Notes under the pieces: generated by a model
What the model saw: the letters and a program-made list of their open reading frames with translations, nothing else
What the model was told of the DNA's origin: nothing
Databases searched by the model: none
Shown here: positions 11,491 through 24,551 of the stretch, piece by piece
How the letters are laid out: every line of letters begins with the position of its first letter
How positions within the stretch are numbered: the first letter of the stretch is position 1
Made by a program: the position numbers and the translations under genes
Source of the DNA: Octopus sinensis
Lineage: Eukaryota
Reading direction: 5' to 3'
Assembly (NCBI RefSeq): GCF_006345805.1
Contig: NC_042999.1
Location: 15,810,001-15,874,000, forward strand
Length of the DNA: 64,000 nucleotides

Positions 11491-11862
11491 TCTTTATATA
11501 TAAAAGTCAAGTTGTGTGTCTGTCTCCTACGATTTAGATTCCTAACTACTCCCACATTTTGCGGTGCAGTTTAACCAAAACCAGGTATCTTATAGTCGTG
11601 ATTCATATCGAGCCCTTCTGGGTATTAGCGCATGTCTACGATGAGTCTACGATTTAAAAAAATTTACCATCATTTTTTCCATTTTAATGCATTTTTTCGC
11701 TATTATATAAGGGAAGTAACTCTCTAAAAATGCCTACGATGAGTCAACGATTTAAAAAAAAAATTACCATAATTTTTTTGCTATTTATTGGCTATAACTC
11801 TCTAAAAATGCTTTATAGTTATTTCCCTTACAAACCTTAGCAACGACGGGCGATACTGCTAG
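11491..11862 (+). mobile_element. Non-autonomous Helitron-like element
   Basis: Starts TC, ends CTAG, inserted between A and T with no TSD. GC-rich subterminal motif gcaacgacgggcg. Second copy at 37685-38079. Confidence 0.8.
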
Positions 11863-11899
11863 TATATATATATAAAGAGAGAAATAGATAGTTCCTATA

Positions 11900-12340
11900 A
11901 GTGAGTTCTACCAGTCTATAAAATTTGATCTTTAACTGTCTTCTTACATTTCACTTCCACTAAATATATCTATTTCCATGCCTTTAACCTTTAATCCTTT
12001 TTCACCTATTCCACTATATCTATTCACTTTTAATTTTCTGCTAATTTCTTTCTTCCTCCTCCTTCTCTTTCCATAAATTGCCTTTAATGTTAGATATTTT
12101 ATTGGTTTTCTTAAAAATTACGTACCAGTATTCCCTTCATCATACATGTAGTAATCACATTCGCTTAAAATGTCTTTTTGTTGTGTTTTGTTTCTCTTTT
12201 TTTCCTGATGAAAAGATTGCATTGTTTTACATAATTTTATTCCTTCTGGAATAATGCCGATGTTTTCTTTGAAACATGTGTTGGAAGTATAAAGATTTGA
12301 ATAACACCTGCATTTAACTATCAATGTTATACAAAAACAT
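11900..12340 (-). mobile_element. Possible R4-like (RLE-type) LINE RT fossil
   Basis: ENIGIIPEGIKLCK...KDILSEC resembles R4-clade ENNILPEEQKGC...KMILEDC; judged by eye. Confidence 0.3.
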
Positions 12341-12419
12341 TTCACCAAAACCTGGAATTTTTACCTTTATAAGTAAGCTGTTACATCCTTGGTACTTGTG
12401 TGAACTTTTGCTACCCTGG

Positions 12420-12685
12420 CAACTATTTATTTATTTATTTATTTATTTATTTATGTTATTTGTAAACATTGAAAAATACACATACATTTATATATATATA
12501 TATATATATATACATATACATGTATGTATAAATATATATATGCATAAATACATATATAAATATATATATGCATAAATACATATATAAATATGTATATAAA
12601 TACATATATAAATACATATATAAATACATATATAAATACATATATAAATACATATATAAATACATATATAAATACATATATAAAT

Positions 12686-12762
<77 letters not shown>
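12420..12762. repeat. Compound satellite: (ATTT)n, (TA)n, 12-bp (TAAATACATATA)n, (TA)n, (GA)n
   Basis: Direct reading; it explains the YIYK/CIYI/INTY ORFs. Confidence 0.9.
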
Positions 12763-12765
<3 letters not shown>

Positions 12766-13096
12766 TTCAATGTGTCTTTTCCTTTTTATGGTGACAAGAT
12801 GTGATCTGAAGGATATTAGGTTGTTATTTCTAGCAGATAAGTAGAGACTTTCTCACTTGTTTCCATGGATCATTCCTTCCAGAACTGTAATTATTTTTCA
12901 GATTATTAGCAGTAGAAGTTAAGGTTAGTCAGCTAGGTGACATGGTTCAGTTTAGGGACAAAGCTTTTCATAAAATCGTATTTCTGATGACTTGGAAAAG
13001 GAAAGATAGTATTCATAGCAATATTTCAGAGTCTCTGTGACTAGGTGAAAAAAGGGAGACACTATGGCCTATCAATTGCAGCAACTGAAAGCAGCA

Positions 13097-13295
13097 CATT
13101 CAGATTCAATTCAGTTCAATTTTTATTGGCTCAAAAAGCAAAAGCAAGGCCATGTAGGGGGACAGGGGGTTTTGTACAGGGAGGGTAGTCATACAAAGGG
13201 TTCAGGCCATTTCTGGTCAAGAGAGACTTTGAAACGAGCAGTCGTCGGCATCTTCACTATCTCATCCGGCAGCTTATTCCACGGATCCGCAACCC
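13097..13295 (-). mobile_element. 5'-truncated CR1/L2-like LINE 3' end
   Basis: Minus translation VADPWNKLPDEIVKMPTTARFKVSLDQKWPEPFV* is a CR1-type ORF2 C-terminus. It is followed by a short 3'UTR with aataaa and a (TGAAT)n-like tail. Confidence 0.75.
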
Positions 13296-14689
13296 AATAA
13301 GATGTCAAAGTGTCCTCATACTGAAAATGTTACCTGAATGTTTGCAACAGAATGAAGTCTGCTAATGATAGTCATAGAACAGGTGATGGTGTGAAACTGG
13401 ATGACACATTAAGTATACAACCTCAAATCAAGAGAATGAAAAAAGATGTTCAACCAATTTGAGAAATTGTAACACATTTGAAAATCTGAAAAGAATTTGG
13501 AATGGTGGTGACAAGGCAAGGTGTCTTATCTAAAGGTTTTTAATAGATAGCGGCAAAATTAGCAGCTTAAGTGATCCATACGAAAACGCAACTATTGCAA
13601 AACAACAAGTCTCATTATAATATGATAAATATGCAAAGATATCACTGACATCTAATTTGAAAACGAAAGAAAAATTCCATTAGTATCTATCGAGAACATC
13701 AACTGATCTATCCAAAAGTAAGGATTAGGGTGCTGGATGGATGACATATACTGAATGAATATGCTGCTAGATGTATGTACATCAGACTGATTGCACTTTT
13801 GCATTCTGCATATCCATTTGATCCAAGTCTATATATATCTTTCCTCTCTTGATCACCTCCATAGTGTCTCATCTCCCAAAATAATTTCCCCAATTCATAC
13901 ATCTCAGAGTGGAATGGCTTAAATGGTTATTATTTCTCTTTTCTTCTTTTTTTTTGTTCTTTTCTGGAAACATTGATCTTATGATTCTCAAAATAAAAAC
14001 CAATCTTACTCGCTTGGGAGGGGTCTACAAGGCCATCGACATTATCCCTCTTCCACTGATTAAAAAAAAAAATCTAAAATAGTATTAAAACAAATAAAAG
14101 GGGCAATGGTTGAGTTAATTCAAGTAAACCGGGGATATTTAGACCTCTCAAATTAGGTGCATGACAAAGTGCATGGAGATATTTCATATTAACAGATCCA
14201 CTGTAGTATAAGGCCATCATCACCAACACCGATGTTGGTTGCTATTGATACAGCCCCAGGTCAACACTGATTGAATAGATGGATGATGATTATGATGATG
14301 AAAATTATGATAATAATGATGGCAGTAGCAGCATTGGTGATAGGAGGAGGAAGAAGAGGAGGAGGAGAGGAAGACAATAATGACAAAGATAACAACAATA
14401 ATGGTAATAAGGAATACATCAAATCAGTTTCGGCATTTTTAGATGAGAAAAGCTATTGTAAATTTTCATGATTCTGCATATTAATGCTTACTATGATTGA
14501 CAACAATGAAAATGTTAAATCATATATTTTTAAAACCATAAAAATCTACAGTAGTCCTATATAAAGTTACTCATCTCAGTTGAATAGGTGTTCACTAGAA
14601 AAGAATTTTATGAATATCATTGCTTTCTTTTTATGTGTAACTGATTTAGTTTTTTTTTTTAAATTGATGGTAAATGTTTGTCTCAGAGT

Positions 14690-14980
14690 GAAGGTGGGAT
14701 CATAAGGTTGTGAGTTCGATTCCTTATGATACATTGTATCCTTGAGCAAGACACTTTATTTCACATTGCTCCAATCCACAAAGCTGGCAGAAAATGAGTA
14801 GAACCTGTATTTCAAAGGACCAGCCTTGTCACATTCTGTGTCATGCTGAATTTTTTTGTGAACTGTTTTAAAGGTATGTGTCTGTGGAATTCTCAGCCAC
14901 TTGCACAATAATCTCATGAGCAGGCTGTCCCATTAATCAGATCAACTAGAACACTTGTCATAACCGAAGGAGTGCTAGTG
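14690..14980 (+). mobile_element. SINE family D (tRNA head, core tgtatccttgagcaagacactttatttcac), diverged
   Basis: B-box GAGTTCGATTCC; core shared with 60912-61260 but with a different 3' part. Confidence 0.65.
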
Positions 14981-15093
14981 CCAGTTTGTCTTAGAAAAAT
15001 CACTAATACAACACAGTATCATATTCTCATAAATAGTTTCTATAAGTGTCAATCTGAATAGCCATTTCATGTTTTGATATTATTCTCTACATA

Positions 15094-15498
15094 GGCGCAG
15101 GAGTGGCTGTGTGGTAAGTAGCTTGTTTACCAACCACATGGTTCCGGGTTCAGTCCCACTGCGTGGCAAGTGTCTTCTACTATAGCCTCAGGCCGACCAA
15201 AGCCTTGTGAGTGGATTTGGTAGACGGAAACTGAAAGAAGCCTGTCGTATATTTGTATATATGTGTGTTTGTGTGTTTGTGTGTTTGTCCCCCTAGCATT
15301 GCTTGACAACCGATGCTGGTGTATTTATGTCCCCGTTACTTAGCGGTTTGGCAAAAGAGACTGATAGAATAAGTACTGGGCTTACAAAGAATAAGTCCTG
15401 GGGTCGAGTTGCTCGATTAAAGGTGGTGCTCCAGCATGGCCGCAGTCAAATGACTGAAACAAGTAAAAGAGAGTAAAAGAGAGTAAAGAGAGAGAGTA
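15094..15498 (+). mobile_element. SINE family B, full length
   Basis: ggcgcaggagtggctgtgtggtaag... through the (aaaagagt)n tail. Confidence 0.9.
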
Positions 15499-18085
15499 TA
15501 ACAGGTCCCCATAATAATCATCCCTACATCACACTTCTATCTACTGGATTATTCTGTTGTTGTAGTTAATGAAATCAGGATCCATTACTAAATTCATCAC
15601 CCTTCTGTTCTGTCAGTCATCACTCTCACCCCTCTTAGTTACATCCTACTGTTCTCCATCTTTCATTATTACCATTGTTACCACCTTTCTTCCAATTGAT
15701 CACTCACTCCAGTCTATGACCACCACCAACCCTAATTCTAACCCTCACTTATTTCCTTACCGCCCTTTTATCTAAAATATCTTTTTGGACAGAAAAGGAC
15801 CTGCCAAACTTGTTTTAAACCTATGATGGGATTTCATCAGCAATTGCATACCCCTTTTCACTGTTTACAGAGACATTCTTTATAAATCCATAGTTTCAAA
15901 GTTCTTTATATATCCTTTGCTACTTGAGTAAATGTGATAGATCACTCCCTACATATATTCTTGACAGCTGGTTCAACTAATAAATTACTGGTGTTTTAAG
16001 TGCTTTGTTTTAATACTAAGCAGATGACCCCTCTTCTTCATGTCTACAAAGAGATTGTATATAAAAATCATGTCTTTGCCTCCATCTATATAGCCAATAA
16101 AAATCTATAGATATATTCTGTAATACAGTATAGCATTTCATTGCATTATATCCAAATTTGACTGGATATAAAATGGTTACATATTTAATTACATATGAAT
16201 TGGATGTAAATGTAACTTGTTTGGCATTGAATACACTGGCTACAAATCAGAGAATTAAAGACTCCAAACAAAGATAAATTAGAAGTGTATTGAAGTCATA
16301 AAAGGAAAACATAAGCAATTCAAAATCAAAGTTATGTCTAATGCAAGAGTTACTGAGTCCTTAGTATGAAGGAGGTTAGAAACAGCAACAGAAGTAATCA
16401 TGAATTCACTATTATATCATAAAGAGAATTTTGAATAATATTCTCAGATCAATATTGAGCTACTAAAATTCTGCATAGCAACCTTAGATATTATCTTCGT
16501 TGTGCATATTGAATATAAAATGCAATGCAGCCATGCAGATTCCTAATTTGTGAATGTTTACTCAACGGATGTGAAATAAACATAGATTTAAATATATACA
16601 ATCTGAAAGTAATCAAAGACATGAATACAGATTTAACAATGAGACAGATACGAAATTTACAAATGTGTGTTATTTTCCCAAGAGAGAAATGGCAACTGTA
16701 GTAAATGTTGGTCATTGGAATTCACATAGTTGAAATTGATACTTTGCAGTAATGAGGAAACAAGATTTTATCTGTTATATTTAAAGAATCCTACATTTAT
16801 TTGGAAAAGATTTACCAATCAACATAACAAATTTTTGTTTTATTGAGTTTTAGTGACTTAGTATGTTATATGTTTTTATTCCAATGAAACATACAAATAG
16901 ATATTGCAAACCAGACAATTCTGAGACATAAATAAGGAGACAGAAAAGCCAGAATGATCCTCTACATACGAGGTAAAGTGAAAACCAAACATTAAGAAAA
17001 TATCTTAACTAAGCACAATAAAGATTATATGGCTTAGTTCACTAAAATAAACTTTCAATTTATTGTTATAAAATATCCAATTGTATTCTTCTTTTCAGAA
17101 AACATAACCATATAAAACAATGACCAAACAGTATCTTTATGAGAATCAACCATTAAAATATTATGATTAACACTATAAACAGCATTAGAGATATCAATCA
17201 ATAAATCAATTATTTCCATATATAATATCAATAGCAATCATTAATTCATTCATATATTTGAGAAGAATGAAATATTTGTGTATTCAGTTATATCATAAAT
17301 TCACATATATTTATTCATGTTTGGACTACCAAGAAATGTTTTTTCAATGGATTTGTGACTTGTTTAGATAGGGTTTCAATCAACTTTGAGAGTACTTCTT
17401 GATAGGATAATTTATATTACATATGAGCTGAATGGTGTATACCAAAGTTTTAGTTTTTCTAGATTAAAAAAAAGTATACTATATCCAAATAAAATCAACA
17501 GGTTTATTTAACTAGTAGATACTATAGAAATGAAGCTGGCAAAACATGTTTAATACAGTAGAATACATTAACAATTAAAATGGATAACAAATAACTAAAA
17601 CATAGATCAAATACCTTGCAATATTAATTTTCTTTGTATGAATAAATTTACACTTTCCTAAGCTTTTGAAACTAAAAATTGTATGTGCACATTATCTATG
17701 AAAACTAAATGTTATCCTTTTCTTGCAGTCATGTACAGTCCAGCATAAGTTTTATAAATTATTCAAGCAAACTGATATTTAATGAAGAGCTATGAAAAAT
17801 ATACCTATGTTATAGTGATCTATGATAGCTATAGTACATTAAATGTTCATTGTATTTTGTATTTGTATCCATAAGATTGAAGGTTGTTGATTATTTTACT
17901 AACATATTGAAATAATTCAGGAGCAAAATGCAAATTCAAAACAGAAACAGCTAAAATGACAAAATGTACATAGTTTCTCTTTATATACTGTTGTAAAGAC
18001 ACTCTTAAAATTTTGTTTCAATAAAACACACAGCTGTTCCATCTGCATTCTCTCTCTCTCTCTCTCTCTGTATATATATACAGAT

Positions 18086-18229
18086 GCGTTAGGAAGGGCA
18101 TCCAGCCGTAGAAACACTGCCAGATTTGACTGGGCCTGATGAAGCCTTCTGGCTTCACAGACCCCAGTAGAACCGTCCAACCCATGCTAGCATGGAAAAC
18201 AGACGCTAAACGATGATGATGATGATGAT
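18086..18229 (+). mobile_element. Family A RTE 3' end, short
   Basis: Reverse complement of 22681-22826 with two mismatches in the body. Confidence 0.85.
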
Positions 18230-18249
18230 CCCTCTCTCTTTCACAGAGG

Positions 18250-18411
18250 CACTGAGCAGCTATACGCACACATACACTTCCACCTACCGAATTCAATCAC
18301 AAAGCTTCGGTTGACTCGGGGCTATAGCAGAAGACACCTACCCAAAGTGCTACGCAGTGGGACTGAACCCGAAACCATGTAGTTAGGAGCAAGCTCCCTA
18401 ACCACACAGCC

Positions 18412-18413
<2 letters not shown>
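18250..18413 (-). mobile_element. SINE family B 5' half
   Basis: gctatagcagaagacacctacccaaag...gggactgaacccgaaacc. Confidence 0.7.
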
Positions 18414-18458
<45 letters not shown>

Positions 18459-18489
18459 TAGTAAGTACGAAGGTAAGTAAATCATAAAT

Positions 18490-19691
18490 CCCTTCAGGTA
18501 GATGGCCCAGCTTGTTCTGTAGAAAAGGTGTAGGTAGAAACTCCATAAGATTCACCTGGTGTAAGCTTTGGATACATAAAAGCTGCAGCAATATCAGAGG
18601 AAGGTTAACAAGGAAAATAGCCTTTGTATATAGAAGATGCAGAAGTACAATAAACACTGAAAATGTACAGAAAATAGCCTCTATCAACTGGAAGGTATAT
18701 GAGCTAGAAGTAGTAGATAGCTTCCATTATCTAGTTGACCAAGTAAGTAGCAGAGGTGGATGCTCTGAGACCATAGCTTTGAGAATAAGATTACGCTGGG
18801 CAAAGTTCAGAGAGCTCCCATCTCTACTGGCAACAAAGGGCTGCTCTCTTAAGTGAAAGACAGATTGTATGATGCCTGTGTGCGAACAGCTATGCTACAT
18901 AGCAGTGAAACCATGGGCTGTGACAGCTGAGGAGATGTGTAGGCTTGAAGGAAATGAAGCTGGCTTGCTTCACTGGATGTGCAATGAGCATGTTCAACAG
19001 AGTGTAAGCATCTTGAGAGAAAAGTTAGGCATAAGAGGCATCAGATGTGGTGTGCAAGAGAGATGACTGCACTGGTATGGTCATGTGGTGCATATGGATG
19101 AGGACAGCTGTGTAAAGAAGTGCTGGTCTCTAATTGTGGAGGAAACCTGTGGTAGAGGTAGACCCAGGAAGACATGGGATGAGGTATTGAAGCATAATCT
19201 TCAAACTTTAGTCTTCACAGAGGCAATGATCAGTGACTGAGACCTTTGGCGATATGCTGTGCTTGAGAAGACCCATCAAGCCAAGTGAAATTGTAATCGT
19301 GGCTGATGCTGGTGTCATGTAACTGGTATGTAAAGAGTATTTTCGGAGCGTTGGGTCTCATGGAGGCAAAGTGGCTGAGCTCCTTTTGAGTGTTGGGCCT
19401 CATGGAGGCAACAACCAAGACCTTTGGCATTATGTTGCACTTGAGAAGAAGACCCATCAAGCCAAGCATAATTAGTCATAGCAGATACTGGTATCATTCA
19501 AATTGCACCCATGCTGGTGGGACATAAAAGCATCCATTACACTCTCAGAGTGGTTGGTGTTAGGAAGAGCATCTAACCATATGAACCATGACAAATCAAA
19601 CTGGAGCTTGGTGCAGCCTTCCAGCTTGCCAGCCCTGGTCAAGCTGTCCAACCATGCTGGCATGGATAATTGATGTTAAATGATGATGATG
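18490..19691 (+). mobile_element. RTE-clade LINE (family A): ORF2 C-terminal part, 3'UTR and tail, degenerate
   Basis: Cys-rich CRKGVGRNSI..CKLWIHKSCSNI..CRRC; then WAKFREL, YIAVKPWAVTAEEMCRLEGNEAGLLHWM, and WYGHV...GRGRP.KTW. Frameshifted; ends in (GAT)n. Confidence 0.85.
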
Positions 19692-19699
19692 TATGAAGC

Positions 19700-19985
19700 C
19701 GGCATGTTGCATTGGATGTGCAATGTCAGTGTGCTTGAGTGACAGCGTAAATGTTTCGAGGGAAAAACTAGGTATAAGAAGCATCAGATGCGGTGTGTAA
19801 GAGAGATGAATGTGCTGGTATGGTCATGTGATACATATGGACAAGAACAGCTATGTAAAGAAGTGCTGATCTCTAACTGTGGAGGGAACCTGGGAAAAAG
19901 GTAGATTCAGGAAGACATGGGACAAGGTGGTGAAGCATGATCTTTGAATGTTGGGCCTCAGGGAAGCAACGACAAGTGACTAAGA
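19700..19985 (+). mobile_element. Second RTE ORF2 C-terminal fragment
   Basis: Repeats the 18975-19250 segment (tggatgtgcaatg...ggtatggtcatgtg...gaagacatggg). Confidence 0.75.
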
Positions 19986-19989
19986 CATT

Positions 19990-20517
19990 TGAATATAACA
20001 AAGAATTTAGTAAAATAACTTAGTTACCATTAAGCTAGCATTAGGAACATAAATTGTGACTAAGGGTTGGTAGAAGATTTTAATTCAAAACTTATAAAAA
20101 CAAGACGCCCCACTGCGTGGCATCTTGGGCAAGTGTCTTCTGCTATAGCCCCGGGCCGACCAATGCCTTGTGAGTGGATTTGGTAGACGGAAACTGAAAG
20201 AAGCCTGTCGTATATATGTATATATATATGTATGCGTGTGTGTGTTTGTGTGTCTGTGTTTGTCCCCCTGGCATTGCTTGACAACCGATTCTGGTGTATT
20301 TGCGTCCCCGTCACTTAGCGGTTCGGCAAAGGAGACCGATGGAATAGGTACCGGGCTTCCAAAGAATAAGTCCCGGGGTTGATTTGCTCGACTAAAGGCA
20401 GTGCTCCAGCATGGCCACAGTCAAATGACTGAAACAAGTAAAAGAGTAAAAGAGTAAAGAGTATATGTACTACAGAGCCAGAGGTGGTTTCAGCCAGGTT
20501 GGTATTGAAAGGGTTAA
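19990..20517 (-). mobile_element. TTAA-ended (piggyBac-like) MITE remnant interrupted by SINE B
   Basis: Ends gagccagagg...ggttggtattgaaagggTTAA; similar terminus at 38850-38895. Confidence 0.55.
20108..20463 (+). mobile_element. SINE family B, 5'-truncated, nested in the MITE
   Basis: B body and (aaagagt)n tail. Confidence 0.85.
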
Positions 20518-20698
20518 AAAATGTTAAATACACATGGTATGCAAATTAGTAGATCCACTTCTCTGTAGTTACTAGATTCGTTGAGTATGTAAATAGATTG
20601 GCTGCTTATTTCTGGGATAGGTCAGAGAATGGCATAAAACCTCTGATGAGAACCAAGTGAGGTTCAAAAATTGATTAAGGCTGTTCTTCATTCTTTTG

Positions 20699-20892
20699 AT
20701 CATCATCATCATCATCATCGTTTAACGTCCGTTTTCCGCGCTAGCACGCGTTGGACGGTTCAACCGGGGTCTGGGAAGCCAGGGGCTGCACCAGGCTCCA
20801 GTCTGATCTGGCAGTGTTTCCACAGCTGGATGCCCTTCCTAACGCCAACCACTCCGCGAGTGTAGTGGGTGCTTTTTACGTGCCACCTGCAC
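20699..20892 (-). mobile_element. Family A RTE 3' end
   Basis: (CAT)n tail plus body. Confidence 0.85.
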
Positions 20893-20943
20893 TAAATGGT
20901 TAAATTTGCCCTGCTTATATATATCTATTGCATAGTTTACACA

Positions 20944-20986
<43 letters not shown>

Positions 20987-21409
20987 TTATATATAATCAT
21001 TATGAAACATTTTTAATTTAAAAAATATTTCTAGATCTTAAATGTCTGGCATTCAAAACAAACAACTTCAAAGTCTTTTAATTATGAAAGTAGAGATGTT
21101 TTTTAAAAATTCCTCCTTGAAATATTTGTTCTCTTGCGACAACAAGTAATCAAAGTAAATAAATCATTTGAAGTAGGTTATTGTTATAGAATATTGTTGT
21201 CATTTCTCAAAATTATCATTAAATCCTTTAGTTAACATGGTAGGTTAGCCTTGTTGAGAAGAAGACTATTTATTTATTTTTAAAAATATCAATGATTATA
21301 AAAAGTAGATAAAAATAGAATTATTCATTTGAAAGTCTTTAAAACTTTAATTTTCTAATGGAGGTGTGTATGTGTCCTGTAATAGGAGTTAAACAAGATC
21401 AAAACTGGC

Positions 21410-21890
21410 ATCCTCCTCCTCCTAATCATCATCATTGTTGTCATCATTGTCATCGTCATTATCATCATCATTTTAATGTCCACTTTTTCATGTTCGTATG
21501 AGTTGGATAGAGTTTTGTTGAGGCAGATTCCTTATAGCAGGATACTCTTCCTGTCACCAAACCTCAGCAGTTTCCAAGTAAGGCAATATATATTTCCCCA
21601 TGACAAGACATGTTTACCTCGGAAGATTGGGAGTAAAGGACACCACTTACATAATGTAAACTACCATGTGATGTCAAGGCAAGGACACAGTAACACACAC
21701 ACACACATATCCAAACATATTATATATGTGTGTATGACAGACATTTTTAAACTTTCAATATCCATCTACCAAATCCATTCATAAAGCTTCCGTTTCAGGA
21801 CTATAGTAGAAGAGACTTGCCCAAGATGCCATGCAGTGCAATTGAACATGTGGCTGAGAATCAACCTCTTAGCATACAGCTACATTTGCA
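21410..21890 (-). mobile_element. SINE family G (B-type head plus RTE-like tail), diverged
   Basis: Reverse-complement similarity to 62835-63252. Confidence 0.65.
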
Positions 21891-22168
21891 TCTATTATAC
21901 AATAATCCTTCACCATATCACGGTTTGCTTATTGCAGTTTATTATTTAAGCTAACGTCGATTCCTCCATGGTATTGTTTTGCATTTATAATAAAGTAAGT
22001 ATATACAAATTATAAAACTAATTAAAAAAAGATATGCAGTACAGTACTGTTTCTACTTTCTGGATTTTCACCAATCGTGGGGGGTTTGGGAATGTAGCAT
22101 ATGCAATAGCTGAGGGACTACCATATATATCATCATCATCATATATATATATGTGTGTGTGTGTGTGT

Positions 22169-22382
22169 ATGGTTTCAAATTTTGGTACAAGGCCAGCAAT
22201 TTCAAGGAGGGGGAAAGATGATTACATCAACCACAGAGCACAGCTGGTAACTATTTTATTGACACCAAAAGGATGAAAGGCAAAATGAATGTCGATAGAA
22301 TTTGAACTCAGAACATAAAAATGTATAAAATGCTGCTAAGTAATTTGTCTACTGTGCTAATGATTCTGCCAGCCCACCATCT
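22169..22382 (-). mobile_element. SINE family C2
   Basis: ggtttcaaattttggtacaaggccagc tail plus C body and head. Confidence 0.75.
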
Positions 22383-22679
22383 TATATATATATATATATA
22401 TTATTGACATTATTAGAATTCTATAAACTTTCAAGAGAATGTGAAATAATTCCTTTTTTGAAATAATAGCTATCAAAGCACATCACATACAGCTATAAAA
22501 AACAAGTGAATAATGGATTAAGAATCCCTTTGGAACAGAAAAAAATCAAAGCCTTCAAATTTTTCTACCCAAAAGTGTTTTTCAACCCCAAAGTGTTTTT
22601 CAACCCAATATATACATGCTATTATTAATAGCTGCATGTGGTGTGCTTTGAGAATCATTATTTAAAATATATATATATA

Positions 22680-23030
22680 TCATCATCATCATCATCATCG
22701 TTTAGCATCCGTTTTCCATGCTAGCATGGGTTGGACGGTTCTACTGGGGTCTGTGAAGCCAGAAGGCTTCATCAGGCCCAGTCAAATCTGGCAGTGTTTC
22801 TACGGCTGGATGCCCTTCCTAACGCCAACCACTCCGTGAGTGTAGTGGGTGCTTTTTACGTGCCACCCGCACTGGTGCCAGACAGAGCTGGCAAACGGCC
22901 ACGAACGGATGGTGCTTTTTATGTGCCACCGGCACGAGGGCCAGGCGAGGCTGGCAACGGACACGAAACGGGGCAGTGCTGGCAACGGTCGCGAAACGGA
23001 AAGTTCTCTTACATGCCACCGGCACTGGTA
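22680..23030 (-). mobile_element. Family A RTE 3' end
   Basis: (CAT)n tail, body and GC-rich 3'UTR units. Confidence 0.85.
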
Positions 23031-23661
23031 ACACATCTGCAATTTCCATTGATCGATTTCCATTGATCATATATATATACAGCTGTAAGATGTAGTCTAT
23101 ATTTATATTTATGTGTACTTATATTTATTTTCTCTTATACGTATTCTACTTATTGTATAACATTACTCTTTTATGTACACTCCTTCAGGTACACTGTTTT
23201 ACCCTACATTATTATGTTTAACCTTATAGTTTCCTATGTGGTGGTTTAATAAAGTATGTGATTGAGTATTATCTGGTAATTGATATTTGATTTCGATGTA
23301 TTTCACCATTTTCTTATTTTGTATATATAAATATATATATTTAAGATGTAATGATGTATAACACTGAATCTCAGATGTTTAAAACTGAGGAATCTGAAGA
23401 CAATTTGTGAAAAATGTTTTAAATGCTGGTGAATAGTGTGTAATTTCACCTATTTTGCAGTATTATTTCTGTAATTCAAGGAAGTCATTTCCCATTATTC
23501 ACTTTTGATTATACAGCCTTCTTCAAAAATTACCCAAAAGGAAAAAAAATCAATTTTAGACACAAGATATATCTTTTGGGGATTTCACTGTCCTAATGTG
23601 TAATTGCCATTATACATAAGTGCAGCATGAAAAAAATTTTCAAATGAAATATGAATATATA

Positions 23662-24065
23662 GGCGTAGGAGTGGCTGTGTGGTAAGTAGCTTGCTTACCA
23701 ACCACAAGATACCAGGTTCAGTCCCACGGCGTGGCACCTTGGGCAAGTGTCTTCTACTATAGCCTCGGGCCGTCCAAAGCCTTGTGAGTGGATTTGGTAG
23801 ACGGAAACTGAAAAGAGACCCGTTGTATATATGTATATATATATATATATGTTTGTGTGTCTGTGTTTGTCCCCCTAGCATTGCTTGACAACCGATGCTA
23901 GTGTGTTTACGTCCCCATAACTTAGTGGTTCGGCACAAGAGACCGATAGAATAAGTACTAGGCTTACAAAGAATAAGTCCTGGGGTCGATTTGCTCGACT
24001 AAAAGGTGGTGCTCCAGCATGGCCACAGTCAAATGAAGGAAACAAGTAAAGAGAGAAAGAGAAAG
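23662..24065 (+). mobile_element. SINE family B, full length
   Basis: Head to tail match with 15094-15498. Confidence 0.9.
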
Positions 24066-24508
24066 AAATAAGAATACAATATTTAGTTTTGTTTCTCTAT
24101 ACTTAGAGCTGGAATCCTTCCTGGGTTGGCTTTGCTCTTTATGCAGTATGAAATACATACTAGCATGTACCTTTTAGTATGTTTTTTTTAACAATGTATT
24201 AATTAAGTCAACCTGTACACACTGGTTGATCCAATTGACTGTATCCATCACCTACACATTTCCAGCATTGTGGTAATTATTTTAACAATTGTAGAAAAAA
24301 AATGTCTTGTGACCTCATAATATCTTTTGGTTCCAATAAAATATTAAAAATATGTATTTGCTAACTGTAGGAAAAGACAAAAATTCATGCAACAGTAATT
24401 TTATTTTCCAAACAACTTTTTGGAACATTAAAGCAATAATTTTTAATATATTTGACATAACTATATTACATTGCTCTATATAAATTATGTGTCTATCTAC
24501 CAATCAAT

Positions 24509-24520
24509 CTGTGTGTGTGT

Positions 24521-24551
<31 letters not shown>

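Noticed and set aside
12126-12307. 182-nt open candidate exon with AG/GT ends
   Set aside because: The peptide fits decayed R4-like RT better, and a chain with small downstream candidates (6197-6260, 5746-5774, 4937) is what chance would give in AT-rich DNA.
23082-23362. Possible solo LTR (TGT...AATAAA...ACA)
   Set aside because: No target-site duplication, no second copy, and very AT-rich.
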